Shown piece by piece: positions 25,291-38,724 of a DNA stretch of 64,000 bases (its first letter is position 1; the number at the start of each line of letters is the position of its first letter). Source of the DNA: Malacoraja senta (lineage: Eukaryota); NCBI GenBank assembly GCA_038087875.1, contig JAXLNO010005457.1, positions 62,001 to 126,000 of the forward strand, given 5' to 3'. Made by a program: the position numbers and the translations under genes. The notes under the pieces were generated by a model. That model made no database searches. It had not been told where the DNA came from and was given only the letters and a program-made list of their open reading frames with translations.

Positions 25291-26193
25291 TCATATTTTG
25301 AAACATCTGGCGTTAATAAAACTAAACCTAATGAAGTAAGTTCCATGACGCAAGTTACAGATTCAGCAACGAAAAATATAACTGCCTGACAAACAGCGAT
25401 CGTAGAAGTTTGATTCCAAGTATGCTGCACTAACCTACACAAATGCTCACTTTTGAAGATTCCCTCGAACAATGCACAACTAAGGAATCTGATGTTTCAC
25501 TCTGAAGACTGTTGACATACCCCAGAACTTAATTTCCAACCTATCTATGTATCATCAGCAATCTAGGCTACAGCGCCACCAGTCCCTTCATCTGCTCTTA
25601 ATACCAACGATAAGTAGTTCACTTTCTTGCATTGATTCCCAACCTGCAGTTGCAGTTTCCCAACCAGAACACTCCTTTAAGACAACTCTCTGCTTGCTCT
25701 TAATTGTTTTTCCATTCATGCTAATTATTACCCCCAATGTCATAAGCCATGTGCCTTTGCATCACTTGATCAGATATCTTATGAAAATCCAGATATTGTG
25801 GCGACATCTGGTGGTCAGGCCACTTATTGCTAGAACCCTCGTCAGGGGAGCTGGGACTATCACGTGACAGGGTTTTGGTGGGAGTTGGTGATGAGTTAAT
25901 CGCCAGTCAACTGGTGTGCCCGATAACAACGGCAGGAACTTTGCTCAAGTCCTTACTAAACGCGAGTGGGCCAAAACTGTATTTCTTTAAAAAAACATTG
26001 ATTTGTTCACGACGTTTGGATCTCTACAATATATTGTATTTCTTTTGTTTCTCATTCCAATTTTGTTACCTATTCTGCTTTTCCATCATTTTGTTTATGA
26101 ATTTTAGGCTTTTCACACCTGCTGCTCGAATATACATTGTCTACGGGTTCCTGTTGCATTTTCAAAGAGTTCTAATCAATTTCTCAAACAAAG

Positions 26194-26400
26194 TTTGAAG
26201 AAGGGTCCCAAAACGAAACGTCACCTGTCCATGTGTAAGAAGAAACTGCAAATGCTGGTTTACACCAAAGATGGACACAAATTGCTGGAATAACTCAGCT
26301 GGTCAGCCAGCATCTCTGGAGAAAAGGAATAGGTGATGAATCCATGTTCGCCAGAGATGCTGCCTGTTCCGCTGAGTTACTCCAGCATTTTGTGTCTATT
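26194..26400. mobile_element. PLE-derived unit with a second, opposite-strand unit inserted into it
   Basis: Insert 26235-26340 flanked by tccatgt (26228-26234, 26341-26347). Confidence 0.7.
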
Positions 26401-26981
26401 ATGTATATTCTTTCCACTGACTGGTTAGCATGAAACAAAAGCTTTTCACTGTACCTCAATACATGTGACAATAAACTAAACTAAAGCTTTTGTGTAAATC
26501 AGTATCTGCATCTCTTTCTTTCTACAATTTTCCTGATAATGCCCTGATAATGCACTTTATTGTTTTGTTATTACTTAAATGTTCTGCCATTATTGAAAGG
26601 AATCCAGCATTTTCCCCAAAACAAATGTTAGTTTATATAGGGTTAAAGCTTTCTGCTTTCAATTCACCTTCTTTCATGAATTAAGTTGTGGCTGTGATGG
26701 TGCCATATATCATAGTTGTACAGAACATATATTGTCCCTTTGCCATGCTGCAGAACTCCGTGATTCAAAACACCATATCATCTTATATACCTTGAAAAGC
26801 GCCAAATATAGACACAAAATGCTGGAGTAACTCAGCGGTCAGGTAACATCTCTGGAGAAAAGGAATAGGTGGCATTTCGGGTCGAGACCCTTCTTCACCC
26901 TGAAGTCTTCAGACAGTGCCCATCTATTTAGCTGCACAGCTTAACAATTGATTTGTAAAATTATGCATTCTTATTTTTCAG

Positions 26982-27089
26982 AAGGAAATAGGAAGAAAGA
27001 CAGGCACATAGGCCTTATTGCCGTGTGTGTGCTGATATTGCTGGCTATTGTCTTGGCAGTAATTGTTTGGTGGAGAAAAAAGAGGAGAG
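26982..27089 (+). CDS. Connecting peptide/transmembrane exon of the class I-like gene
   Basis: ttatttttcag|...|gtaaga, phase 1/1, in frame with the Ig exon: (E)GNRKKDRHIGLIAVCVLILLAIVLAVIVWWRKKRR; hydrophobic stretch plus basic stop-transfer. Confidence 0.85.
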
Positions 27090-27339
27090 GTAAGATGGAA
27101 AAATTGTGATGCACTGTTGCTAGTAAAGGTATTGGGCTTGAAGAAATGATCGATCTCAAGTAGGATAAGGCAGCAGCTACACCTGAAATGCCTCGACAGT
27201 CACCACTGTCAACTAGCCTTTGTGCTGTTGTTAAATGTTTCTGATAATCAGATATTTAAAAATTGTGAATTCAGTGTAAAAAAAAGTTAAACATTATGGA
27301 TTCACTGCCCCAAATCCTAGAAATATCAATGAGTCATTA

Positions 27340-29250
27340 AAAAGTACAGCATGGAAGCAGTCCTTTTGGCCCACCGTGTCCATGCCAACCACCAACCACC
27401 TGTTCTCATGAATTCTATCTCATTGCACCTTCTCATCCAGTCACCCACCCACTAGGGGCAATTTACAGTGGCCAATTAAACTATAAACTGACACATCTTA
27501 GGATGTGTGAGGAAACCGGAGCCCCTGGAGGGATCCAATGCGGTTACACGGAGAACATGCAAACTCCACATAGATGGCACTCAAGGTCAAAATTGAACCC
27601 GGGTCTGTGTCGCTGTGAGGCAGCAGCTCTACGAGTTGTGACACTGTGCTGCTCTGTTGGGGGCTCGCACTGTTCATGATCCAAGTCAGCTACGAGGCAG
27701 ATTGGTTGCAGTTTAACATTTACTAGTTTTGTTTAGTTTAATTTAGAGATACAGTGACGAAATAGGTCCTTAGGCCCATCGAGTCTGCGCTGACCAGCGA
27801 TCCCCGCACATTAACACTACCCTATACACACACACCATGCCAATTAACCTACATACCTGTACGTCTTTGGAGTGTGGGAGGAAACCTTAGATCTCGGAGA
27901 AAACACACGCGGTCATGGGGAGAACGTACAAACTCTGTACAGACAGCATCAGTAGTCGGGATCGAACCCGGGTCTCCGGTGCTGCAAGCGCTGTAAGGCA
28001 GCAACTCTACTGCTGCACTCAGTAGCTGCCACCAAGGCCGCTGTTGCTGGAAGACTCTATGTTTCTATGACTCAAAATTAAGTGGGAATGTGAGTAGTGG
28101 GAGAAATGGTTCAATGTGGAAAGTCGAATGAATGAGCAACAACATGACAGGTGGACTACAATGTGAAACAGGGCAGCACAGAGCCAGAGACCTGAATTAA
28201 ATACCGACATCGGCTGTTGTATCTGTAGAGTTTGCATGTTGTTCCTGTGACCATGTGGGTTTCCCCAGGTGCTCTGGTTTCCTCCCACATCCCCAAAACA
28301 TGGTTTGGTAGGTTAGTTGTCCCCTAGATTGTGCATGATACAATGTGGGGAGAGCTGATGAGAATGTGGGACAAATATAGGATTAGTGTACATGAATGGT
28401 TGGTGCAGGTCAGTGGGACAAAGGCCATGTTTGTATGCTGCATATTTCCATGACTCTTTATGATGTAGAAAGATGTTGACTATTTTTGATTTATAAGATT
28501 GGGAAAGACTGTGAGGGACAGTGCTAGAGTAACTCAGCAGGTCAGGCAACATCCCTGGAGACCATGGATAGGTGACAATCTGGTTCGAGACTCTTCAGGC
28601 AAATTACAATGGGTATTCCTCCGCTTAAGTCTGATAGTAGTGTACAGATGCACCTCAACCACTGACTTGCTCAACAAGTGCTTAAATTAGTTGAATTAAA
28701 GTATGTTTGGAGTAACATGCAGCAGTCCTTAAAATCTACCATTTCCCAAATCCCAAGAGAGCTGGATGATCAGGGTTTTAGTGTAAATTCAAAGTCATCT
28801 ATATCACTGATTTCTTGCCTGTGATCACACTGTTGTAAGATATATTCTGGTGATGAATTGCAGTTCACTTTCCTCCTGTGTAAAGGAGTTATTGTGTTGA
28901 ATATAACAAGTGGAGGGAAAGTCAGTGTAGGATTTAGAGTTTGTACGTAATGCAGCATGGTAGTGCAGCTGGTAGAACTGCTGCCTCACAACGCCAGAGA
29001 CCCAGGTTCAATCTGGACCTCGGGTACTGTCTACGTGGAGTTTGCATGTTCTCCTTGTGACTATGTGGGCTTCCTCAGGGAGCTCCGGTTTCCTCCCATA
29101 TCCCAAAGATGAGCAGGTGTGCAGGTAATCATCCTCGGTAAGTCACCCTGATAGTGTAGGGGGTGGATGGGAAATCTATTATGAATGGGTGATTGCTGGT
29201 TAGTATGGATTTGGTGGCACAAATGGCCTGTTTACACACTGTATCACTGT
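27340..29250. mobile_element. Cluster of four V-SINE copies (27340-27655 -, 27735-28015 -, 28160-28440 +, 28955-29250 +)
   Basis: V-domain core in each; boundaries approximate. Confidence 0.7.
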
Positions 29251-30650
29251 TTTCAAGAGAGAGTTAGATTTAGCTCTTAGGGCTAAGGGATTCAAGGGAT
29301 ATGGGGAAACAGCCAGATCGGAGTATTAATTTTGGATGATCAGCCATGATTGTATTGAATGGCGGTGCTGGCTCAAAGGGCCGAATAGCCTATTCCTGCA
29401 CCTATTTTTTTATGTTTCTATCTTTCTATTAAATAAACTAAATTGGAAGACAGAAGGTATTTACTGATGCATCTTCACACCAGCTGTAAATGTCATAAAC
29501 TGTGAGAATTGATTGCAAATGTTATACAATATTATAAACTAAACTGGGTGATCAAAATGACAAGATGGATGAAGAGCAGAGTTTTCATTGAAATAACAGA
29601 CGTGCAGCTTTCTCGAGCACTTGGCCTTGGTTGTGTATAATTTCCTCTTCAAAATACAATGTTCCCTGGCATTTCTGGTCTGAGGCACCATTCAGCAAGT
29701 ATATTTCCTGAAACGGAGGTTCTGCTTTCATGGTATCAAGATGTCCAACAGCTCCAGCACCCAGATCAGAACCTTGCCAAAACTAAGAATGCAGCAACAA
29801 TTTAGTCATTGAACATCAACGACATGCATATTTGAACTGAGGCAATGGTTAGCTTATTATCACTGTAAACCAGTCGTGGTCATGGGTCTGCCATTGTGGT
29901 CACTATTAGTGAGGGTGATTAACTATCATGTAGCAGTGAAACGGAAAAGAATTGGCTTTTCAAGCCCACGGAGCCATAGAGTCATACGGCATGGAAATGG
30001 CCACCTCAACTTGGCCATGTCAACCAAGATGCCATGTTTAAACTACAATTTACCTGCAATTGACCCATATCTCACTGAACCTTTCCTATCTACAGTATGT
30101 ACCTGTCCAAGTGTGTTCTAAATGTTTTTTAATACCTGCCTCAACTCCTTCTGCTGGAATGTTCTTCCATATTCCCACTTCCTCTGGTTCCGAGTAACTC
30201 GTTTCCTTCTCACCTTAAACCTAAGTCCTCTGGTTCTTGATTACACAAGGCTGGTTAAAAGATTCCGTGCATTCAATCTATCTATGCTCCTTGATTTTAT
30301 AAACTTCTATAAGATCACCCCTCAGCCTCTTGCGTGCCAAGGACTAAAGTCCAAGCATTCTCATCCTCTCCCTGAATCACAGGCCCTGTTAATGACATCC
30401 TTCCGATAGTGGAGTGACCAAAACTTAACACATTACTCCAAGTGTGACCTCACCAACATCTTGTACAACTGTAGCAGAACATCCCAACTTTTTTATTCAG
30501 TACCTTTCTTTTAAAATCTTTTTATTGTTTTTTTTCAAAAAAACAAAAACAAAAATAAAACATAAAAAACAGAGCAAAAAGAATAATGATAAACATAACA
30601 ATGGTATTGATACATAGGGATCATGATTACATTAATAACAGGTATAAACT

Positions 30651-33600
30651 AATAGTAAGATTAAACGAGAACTTACCTAAGTTTGAAGTTTGATCTTTAT
30701 TTTATGAGGAGTTACGTAGGTGATTACGTGAAGAACCCCGCCAGTGCGCCAATCTTCAAAGCAGCGGTGTGAAATCACAAAAAACAACAACCGAAGTAAT
30801 ATAGTCTCATAATAAAACGAGTAATACAAGAACTTCAATCTGACCTTTATGATAGAGGGTAGGGTCATGGCGGGCACGTAATCACCTACGTAACTCCTCA
30901 TAAAATAAAGATCAAACTTCAAACTTAGGTAAGTTCTCGTTTAATCTTACTATTTTACTTCGGAGTCACGTGAGTTACTACGTGAAGATTTTAAAGCTTT
31001 GTGATTTCATGCCGTAGATCAATCCCGGCTTCTCACTGCATAGATTGACTCGGAACGAGAATAATCAATCATGCATTCATAATAACATTTGTACCACAAA
31101 TGCAGTCATTCATTTCAATAATGAAATTAATCAGATCCCCTTTATACCAGAGGAATTTACACAGAACTTAAAATAGTTTCTGCACACAATCCCGCATTAA
31201 CAATAGGCCGATGGTAAAAATGTTGAAACATCAACTCATTGGACCATCCGGCGGCTGCGAGGATATGGTCGACGGGGACGTCTTATGCCCTGGCCGCCGA
31301 CATTTCTGCTGCCCTAGTCGAGTGAGACGTAAAAACATAAGTGTTAATATCAGCAGCTGTTATGACTTCTTTTATCCATCAGGAAATAGTCTGTATTGAA
31401 ACTCTCTTGTGTGGTTTCTTGTGTGTGATTAACAACCCAGTTTCCGTATTTCTTAAATGCTTTGTGACCTCAATGCATTGTCACAAATATGTCTTAACAC
31501 AGAGACAAGGATCATTTGGATATGCTGCTAGCATAATTTTAAATCCTGTCACACCTGGCCTAATTTGCTTTAATAGGTCATAGATATAGAATGTAACCTT
31601 GTCTTCAGTTACTTCCATAGTATCTATTTGTAATTTTCTAAGTGTTTGCACTCGTTGTGCAGTCACTCATGCCATAAGCATGAATACTTTCATCCTGAGC
31701 TTGACCAAAGGTAAAGACACACTTGGTGACCATTCACGAAGTAGTTTCAGTACCACACTTACATCCCAGATTGTCATGTACCTAGGTTTCGGTGGTTTGG
31801 AATTAAAGATTCCTTTCATTAGTCTGGAAAGAATTGGGTGTGACCCAATTGGGTTTATTTCTGAATCCAGAACCAAATATGAGGGCAATGCACTTATGGC
31901 TGAATTAATTGCACTACAACTCAGACCTTCATCATAATAGAGTTTTGACAGATTTTCTAAACATTTGAAATATCTGCAGTACTATATTGCAAATTCTTTT
32001 GTACACAGAACTTTTCCCATTTCTTAATATAAGAAAGGTACTGTTTTTGGAGTGCTCTTCCTCCAGGCTGCCGTAAGCATGTCCACAGTACGTTCAGACA
32101 GTCCTCGCCCCAGAAAAGGCCTTCTTAAACCTGCAAATCAACAAATCCAAACAATCATTAGATTAGATAGATTAGATTAGATAGCCCTTTATTGTCATTC
32201 AGACCGAAGTCTGAACGAAATTGCAACAGTCATACATAAAACAACAATAAACACATATTAACATCCACCACAGTGAGTCCACCCAACATCTCCTCACTGT
32301 GATGGAGGCAAAAGTCTTAGGTCTGCAGTCTCTTCCCTCCTCTTCTCCCTCTGCGCTGAGGCGATACCCCCCGGGCGATGTTTCCCGCGGCTCAAACACC
32401 GCGGCCCGGGGTGGTCGATATAATGGATGTTGTTTCCCTGTTACAGGGTGCAGCAACAAATTACTCCTTTTGGGGACTTTCATCAACATTTGTGTTGTTA
32501 ATTCTAATATCAACAGATACCATGGCTGTGTAGGCCAATCTGGTATTACCAATACACCTGAATCAGCATCTTGCCTGACTTTAAGCAAACACTGGCTTAT
32601 AAGGCAGAAAAGTGGAAATATATATGACAACATATCACTCCAATGTAGCGAGAAAGAATCAATCGCCACTGCTCCTGGATCTGATTCACATGAGACATAT
32701 CTCGATAGCTGATGATTCAGCCTAGATATAAACAAGTCAATGTTGGGCATTCCAAATCTGATTACTATATCATTGAATACCTCTCGATTCAACATCCATT
32801 CTTATTATCATGGAACTTTCGTGACCTGGTGTCTGCTATCGTGTTCATTCTACCTGGTAGATAGATAGCTGAAATCCAAATATTCTTTTCAATACACCCA
32901 GTCCAAAGTTGATTAGCCATTTTGTCACATGACCCTGACTTGATTTCATCCATATCATTAATATAGGCAATTGCTGTTGTGTTTATCAATCTGAACTTGG
33001 ACATGCCTTTTAGTTGTGTTAGAACAATAACCTTGGAGTCCATAGAAACATCCTAAAACTCCAAATAGTTAACTCCCCATGTCTGCAGTAACAATGACTC
33101 TTCCTGATTCCATCTGCCTCCGCAGCTAGATGCTAAGTCAGTTTCACCCCATCCTAGTGTACTGGCATCTGTTTGTAATATCATGGAAGGTTTGTTCAAT
33201 CAGCACTCTGCTGGAACTGCTTGAGACATGTAGAATCCACCACTGCAGATCAGAAACAGCATTTGTTGTCAGTTGCATGGTTCTATCAAAATGACCAACA
33301 TGCATTCTCAGTGCCTGTTCTTTAACTCTCTGCAGCTGTTGATAATATAATGGTCCGAATTGGACTGCTGGGAATGCTGCTACTAATTTTCCCAGTACTC
33401 AAGCCACCTGTCTGATCGAGGGGTTTTGCTCGTTTACCAGATTACTGCAATCTTTAATCAACTCCACCCTTTTTTCACTGGGCAAAGTAATTTTCATTTG
33501 GACTGAATCAATTGTGAACCCCAAATAATCAATCGAGGTACATGGTGTTAACCTTGATTCCTTTGGATGAATTAGAAACCCCAAACTTTCAAAAGTTGAT

Positions 33601-35670
33601 TTCACAACTGCCACAGATGCTTCTGTTGACTGTTTTGTCCTTCCTATTATCAGCACATCATCCAAAATATGCCACTAGTACATGCCCCTGGCTTCTTAGC
33701 AACCCCAGAACTGGTTTTAATAATTTTGTGAATATTCTGGGAGCGGACGTTAACCCATTAGGCAAAGCTTTGAACTGCCATAACTGGTTCATCCATGTAA
33801 ATTTAAGATACTGAATATGTATCTTTTAAATTTATAGTTGCCATATGACATGCTTCTGAAATAAGTTGTTTGGCAGTCACAAATATCTCTTTTAAAATGT
33901 TTAAATTAAACAAAAGGATTCAGACTTGTCAAGTCTAGAATAATCCCACATCCTCAATCCTTTTTTGATCGATGGAATATATTTAACACAAATTGGTGAA
34001 TTTGGTAGACTGATTCTTCAATAACACATTTTATATATAGGGTTTGAAACGCAGCTTGAACCTCCATCACTTCTTTTTGTGCAAACCATATGACAATTAC
34101 AGCAGGAAAACAGGCCATCTCGGCCTTTCAAGTCCATGCCGAAGAAGTGGAGAATTCTGCTAGGAACATGCTGGACAGGCAAATCATAATTTGGATTGAA
34201 TTCAATTCAAAATCCTTGTATACTATTCAGAATTACCACATCTGAAGTAATCTTCCAATTGTTTATAGAAGAGACATAATCTGCCGCCAACTTTTGGACT
34301 TAATCCAGTTAGTATGTTCCCATGAGAACCAGGTCCACCTACCTCTTGAGTCATTTGAGTACTCTGAGATTCCTGGATTCTCCCGGAAGCACCCTCACTG
34401 GTTCTTGCTCCCACTGCAGGCCGCCAGCTACGTCCCTGCGTTAATGTGCGACTTGGTCCTGTCCAGGATCCGTATGACATCTGAAAGGATATTCCTCTTT
34501 ACAGACTTTTCAACCATTGATGTTTTCATCAATCCTGTTTTCGCTTCATCTTCCAACTCTTTAACACATCTCTCGAGATCCTCTCCAAAGAGTAAGTTGG
34601 GTAATTGTACATTACTTGGTTTGCAGAGTGCTGCGAATTTCGGATTCATAATAGGCCGTATAGCACCTTTCCTCGGACAATTGATCTCGAAGTGGGTGCT
34701 GCATAGCAACCCCAGTGCTTTCTGATGCAACTCCGTCATCTCTTGGCTTTTATCCGCTATTCTGGCAAAGCAGTTATTCCAGCAGCTTTAATATTCTCTG
34801 CCATTTCAATTCTTGAGTTCTCATAATCATACTCAACTCATATTTTCTTGCATTCTCATTCATTTCCTGCTGTTCCAGCTGATGGGAAACCAAGTAATTT
34901 ATTAGGGAGGCCAATTCTCTTCTAATGGCTCTCCTGACTCTGACGGGGCAGCGAATCATACTGCCAGGGGTGGAACATCTGTACATCACGTACATCACGG
35001 CTACTGTGACAAATCACATAGAGCCTCACCGTCAGAATCAGGGTCTGAAATCTCATGACCCGTGGCACGCTCCTCATCCCTGAGGGTGCATTCTATCAGC
35101 CCTGAACCAGGAGCTGTTGAGCTGCTTCCAGCAGCTTGGTTTTCAGTACACTCTTACCTGAGTGTGCTTTGCTCCAACAGCCTATGTAGCAGGCTTTCCA
35201 TTTGGGCAATACGCTTTAAAAGCAGTATCTAGCCCTGGAGCTTCCATTTCCTGGGACTCCTCCTCCGTGGCCCGTTTCAATTCGGACTTGGCCTTGCGCC
35301 CGACAGGCGTTGACTGCCCCAGGTCCACAGTCGCTATGCTCACCGCTGACGACTGTACCGGGGTTAGAGGCGGTTGGTCGCTACCCGCAGACTCCCGACT
35401 TTCCCGACTTTCTGTCGGCTGTGTCGCTCGCCTCTTCCCCCTGCCCATTTTTTCCCATGGCATCTGTGGAAGAAATCCCCACAGACCCACAGTAAACGGA
35501 CATGAAAAAATACTAAAAAAGTTTTTACTTACCTTGTAGTTAAAAAACTACAAATCCACTGAGGAGCTCTGCTCCTCACGTCCGTTTGCGACAAGGCGTA
35601 TGACGTAATGACGCGCAGGCGCACTGGCGGGGTTCTTCACATAGTCACTCACGTGATTCCGAAGTAAAAT
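30651..35670 (-). mobile_element. DIRS1-type tyrosine-recombinase retrotransposon, copy A (degenerate, with internal insertions)
   Basis: Terminal inverted repeats (30728-30750 vs 35618-35640); ICR 30875-30988 complementary to both termini; YR (31481..31888), methylase-like (32199..32795 IDLFISRLNHQL), RNase H (32789..33043), RT (33399..33665 MDDVLIIG). Confidence 0.93.
32158..32420 (-). mobile_element. Non-autonomous LINE-derived element, family copy 5, inserted in DIRS1 copy A
   Basis: (ttaga)n tail; hairpin 32264-32306. Confidence 0.65.
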
Positions 35671-36580
35671 ATGAGACCAGTGTCAAAATACACAATGAAT
35701 ATAGACCTCTCCATCTCTATGTAAATATAGTTAAATCTTTAAAAGGAAACATAAATGTTAAAAAAAAGCAAAGATAAAAAGACAAAAAGAAAAAGAAAAA
35801 ACAAAACCCCCCTAAACTAAAAAAAAATTAAAAAAATTGGATAATAATAAAATAAGAATAAAAATAATATAAATAAATAAAACAAAACAGAGCAAAACCG
35901 AATCTGAACTGAGAAATTCAACAATTTACGTCTGTTTGTCGTCAAGTCCGTTCCACCCTATGAAGGTAAAATAATTTTTATAAAGGTTAAAGAGGGAACA
36001 ATTTATGTTGTATGAAAGTGTTCAATAAATTTTCCCCAAGTCTTATCAAATTGAACCAAGGGTTCAACAATGTCACTTCTGATTTTTTCTAAATTTAAAC
36101 ATGATATCGTTTCAGAATACCACTGGAGTGTGGTCGGAGGGTTGGAATCTTTCCATTTAATGAAAATAAATCTTCTGGCAATTAATGTGGTAAAAGCAAT
36201 CAACCGATGGGCGGAGTGGGACAAATGAATAGAATCTAACATTGGTAACCCAAAAATTGCAGTAATAGGATGAGGTTGTAAATCTATACCTAAGACTACC
36301 GAAATAGTATCAAAAATTTATTTCCAATATTTTTCCAAAAGAGGGCAGGACCAAAACATATGGGTCAGTGATGCCACTTCAGAGTTACATCTGTCACAGG
36401 TAGGATTTATATGACCATAAAAACGAGCTAACTTGACTTCCGGTGGCGCTATGGAGGCTTGAGTCCAGTACCAACTAGCTCCGTGCCGAAGAATCTGAAA
36501 ACGGGAGAAAATCGGGTCTTACCTGCAGCGATCGCGATCTGAACGGCTGCCTGCCGCGTGACGTCATCAGGCGCGCGACT

Positions 36581-37645
36581 TTGACGGTATGTCGACGCAA
36601 CATACCCCCCCCCCGTGTGCCAAAAAAACCCGTTAAAGGGAAACCACCGATGGAAGAGGTAGGCCTAACTGAGGCCTCGGCCTCAGGTACAATGACGGCC
36701 CAGGAAGACCCAACGAAGAAATCAAAGCAGAAAAAGTCTGAAATTGAAGATCTTAAAACTTTTCTCGCTGTTGAAATTAAACAGATTCAACTACAGTTGA
36801 AAACCTTTGAAGGAAAATTGAATTTTAAAGAGGAACTTAACTCTTTTAAGGTAGATTTTAAAGCAGAAATGCTTTCTACCGTTCAAGAAATACTGGAAGT
36901 CTGGAAGAGGTCGAGGGACGATGAGGTCAAGGAACAGATGGAAGTGCTGGAAGCCAGGTTCGTTTCGGTGGAATCGAACGCTAATATGGAGGTGGTCCCC
37001 ATTCATCAAGCACTTGATCAACATAGAACAGCGATAACCGAACTTGAGAAATGGGCGGCGACAAGTGAGGAAACTGTAAATCGACTCCTTATTGAAAACC
37101 AACGCCTCTCCGGTATGGTGATCAAATTAAGTGATAAGTGTACCGATTTGGAGGGGCGTCAAAGACGCAAGAATTTAAGAATTGTAGGGGTGAAAGAAGG
37201 AAGTGAGAGGGAAATGGGCCCTCGGGATTTTGTGGCAGACCTACTACAAAAAGCCTTAAAATTGGATCAAAAACCTTCACTCGGTCGAGCACATAGAGCG
37301 CAGGGGCGTCGTACACAAGATGATGCCCATCCAAGACAAATTATAGTAAAGGTGCAACTTGATCATGAATTTGACGAGATAATGAAGAAAATCGTCCGAA
37401 GCGGACAGCTCTATTTTGAAGGTGCGAGGTTCAGTATTTACCGAGATTATCCGGCAGAGGTCTTCAAGAAAAGAGCACTGTTCACTGAGACAAAAAGAAT
37501 ACTGAAGAAGGTACCTGATTTGAGATACGGCTTGCTTTACCCCGCAAGACTAAGAGTCACCTACAAGCAAAAGGAGCAATTTTTTACAGACCATGAAAAA
37601 GCACTGGAATATGCCAAAGAAATCGGGAACGTGACCACAGACTGA
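36581..37645 (+). CDS. L1 ORF1p (coiled coil + RRM/CTD), open frame of 354 aa
   Basis: LEGRQRRKNLRIVGVKEG, RAHRA, IYRDYP, YGLLYPARLRV motifs. Confidence 0.9.
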   Translation: MTVCRRNIPPPRVPKKPVKGKPPMEEVGLTEASASGTMTAQEDPTKKSKQKKSEIEDLKTFLAVEIKQIQLQLKTFEGKLNFKEELNSFKVDFKAEMLSTVQEILEVWKRSRDDEVKEQMEVLEARFVSVESNANMEVVPIHQALDQHRTAITELEKWAATSEETVNRLLIENQRLSGMVIKLSDKCTDLEGRQRRKNLRIVGVKEGSEREMGPRDFVADLLQKALKLDQKPSLGRAHRAQGRRTQDDAHPRQIIVKVQLDHEFDEIMKKIVRSGQLYFEGARFSIYRDYPAEVFKKRALFTETKRILKKVPDLRYGLLYPARLRVTYKQKEQFFTDHEKALEYAKEIGNVTTD

Positions 37646-38261
37646 AGAATTTACATTACTCCTCAGGAGTCAAGGATTAACGGGACTTCACCAGATTTAA
37701 AAGGACCTTTAAAGTTCTTTTAAGAGCTTTAAGGACATTCGAAAACCGAAATGGACGGTGGACATTGGAGAAACCCGTGGGTTTTTTTTTGGTTTTTTTT
37801 AAATCTTTTTTTATTTTTAGTATAAACTTTAAGAACAATAATATCATAGTTGTGACCAATTGTTATTAATCACTATTACTATTTAGTATATTCATATCTA
37901 ACTATATATGTAACTGCTAATACTTATTAAATATCTATATTACTACTAAAATTATTAACATTTATATTACTCATAAAAATTTAATACTGGGTATGATCGA
38001 TAACAATGATTAATAACTAACAATCTCTGGTTAACGTAGAAATGAGTTACATACTTATATTCTACAGGAAGATGTGCAAGAGGTAATTCAGCCTACGTCA
38101 TAATAAGGTTTGACGGTTTTTCTCTTTATTTTTCAATTTAAAATTAAATTTATAGATTTAGCGAAGATATTAATATGGTATGTAGAGAATAATAACGTTG
38201 TGAATTTATGTTGTTTTCGGACTTTTCTGCAGGGATATGTGCGTATATATGTATGCATATG

Positions 38262-38313
<52 letters not shown>

Positions 38314-38724
38314 TGTGTGTGTGTATGTAGGGGTATATATATATGTTTGCTACTCCCAAAGAAGTTAATTGATTGTCAGAAATATTCTTTCTTTTTTTTT
38401 TCGGGCACGGAGCTGGGAATTTTTTTTTTACAAAGGCTACGGAAGTCTTTAGAATTCTAGCCACGTTAGTGTGGCTATCACTAACTACACTAATTGTAGA
38501 TGTAGTTTTTTTTCTTTCACCCTATACTAACCAATTCTATCACTTTTTTCACTTTAAATATTTTTATAACTTAATGTTTGAATGGAACAACAAGACTAAT
38601 TCAAGGAGATGTGTTCGGAAGAGCGATGTATATGATTTTAAATTCATCTATTCGAGGTTCGGGAGCAGGGTCAGGTTTTATGTGTTGCACCTTCTGCTCG
38701 GTTATAGACCACCTTAGAAACAAT

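Noticed and set aside
25799-26190. CTCF-like motif (ccaccagatgtcgcca) and a following unexplained ~380-bp segment
   Set aside because: The motif overlaps the edge of a decayed CR1 RT fragment (25500-25800, minus); a single motif match is not evidence of a site, and I could not classify the segment.
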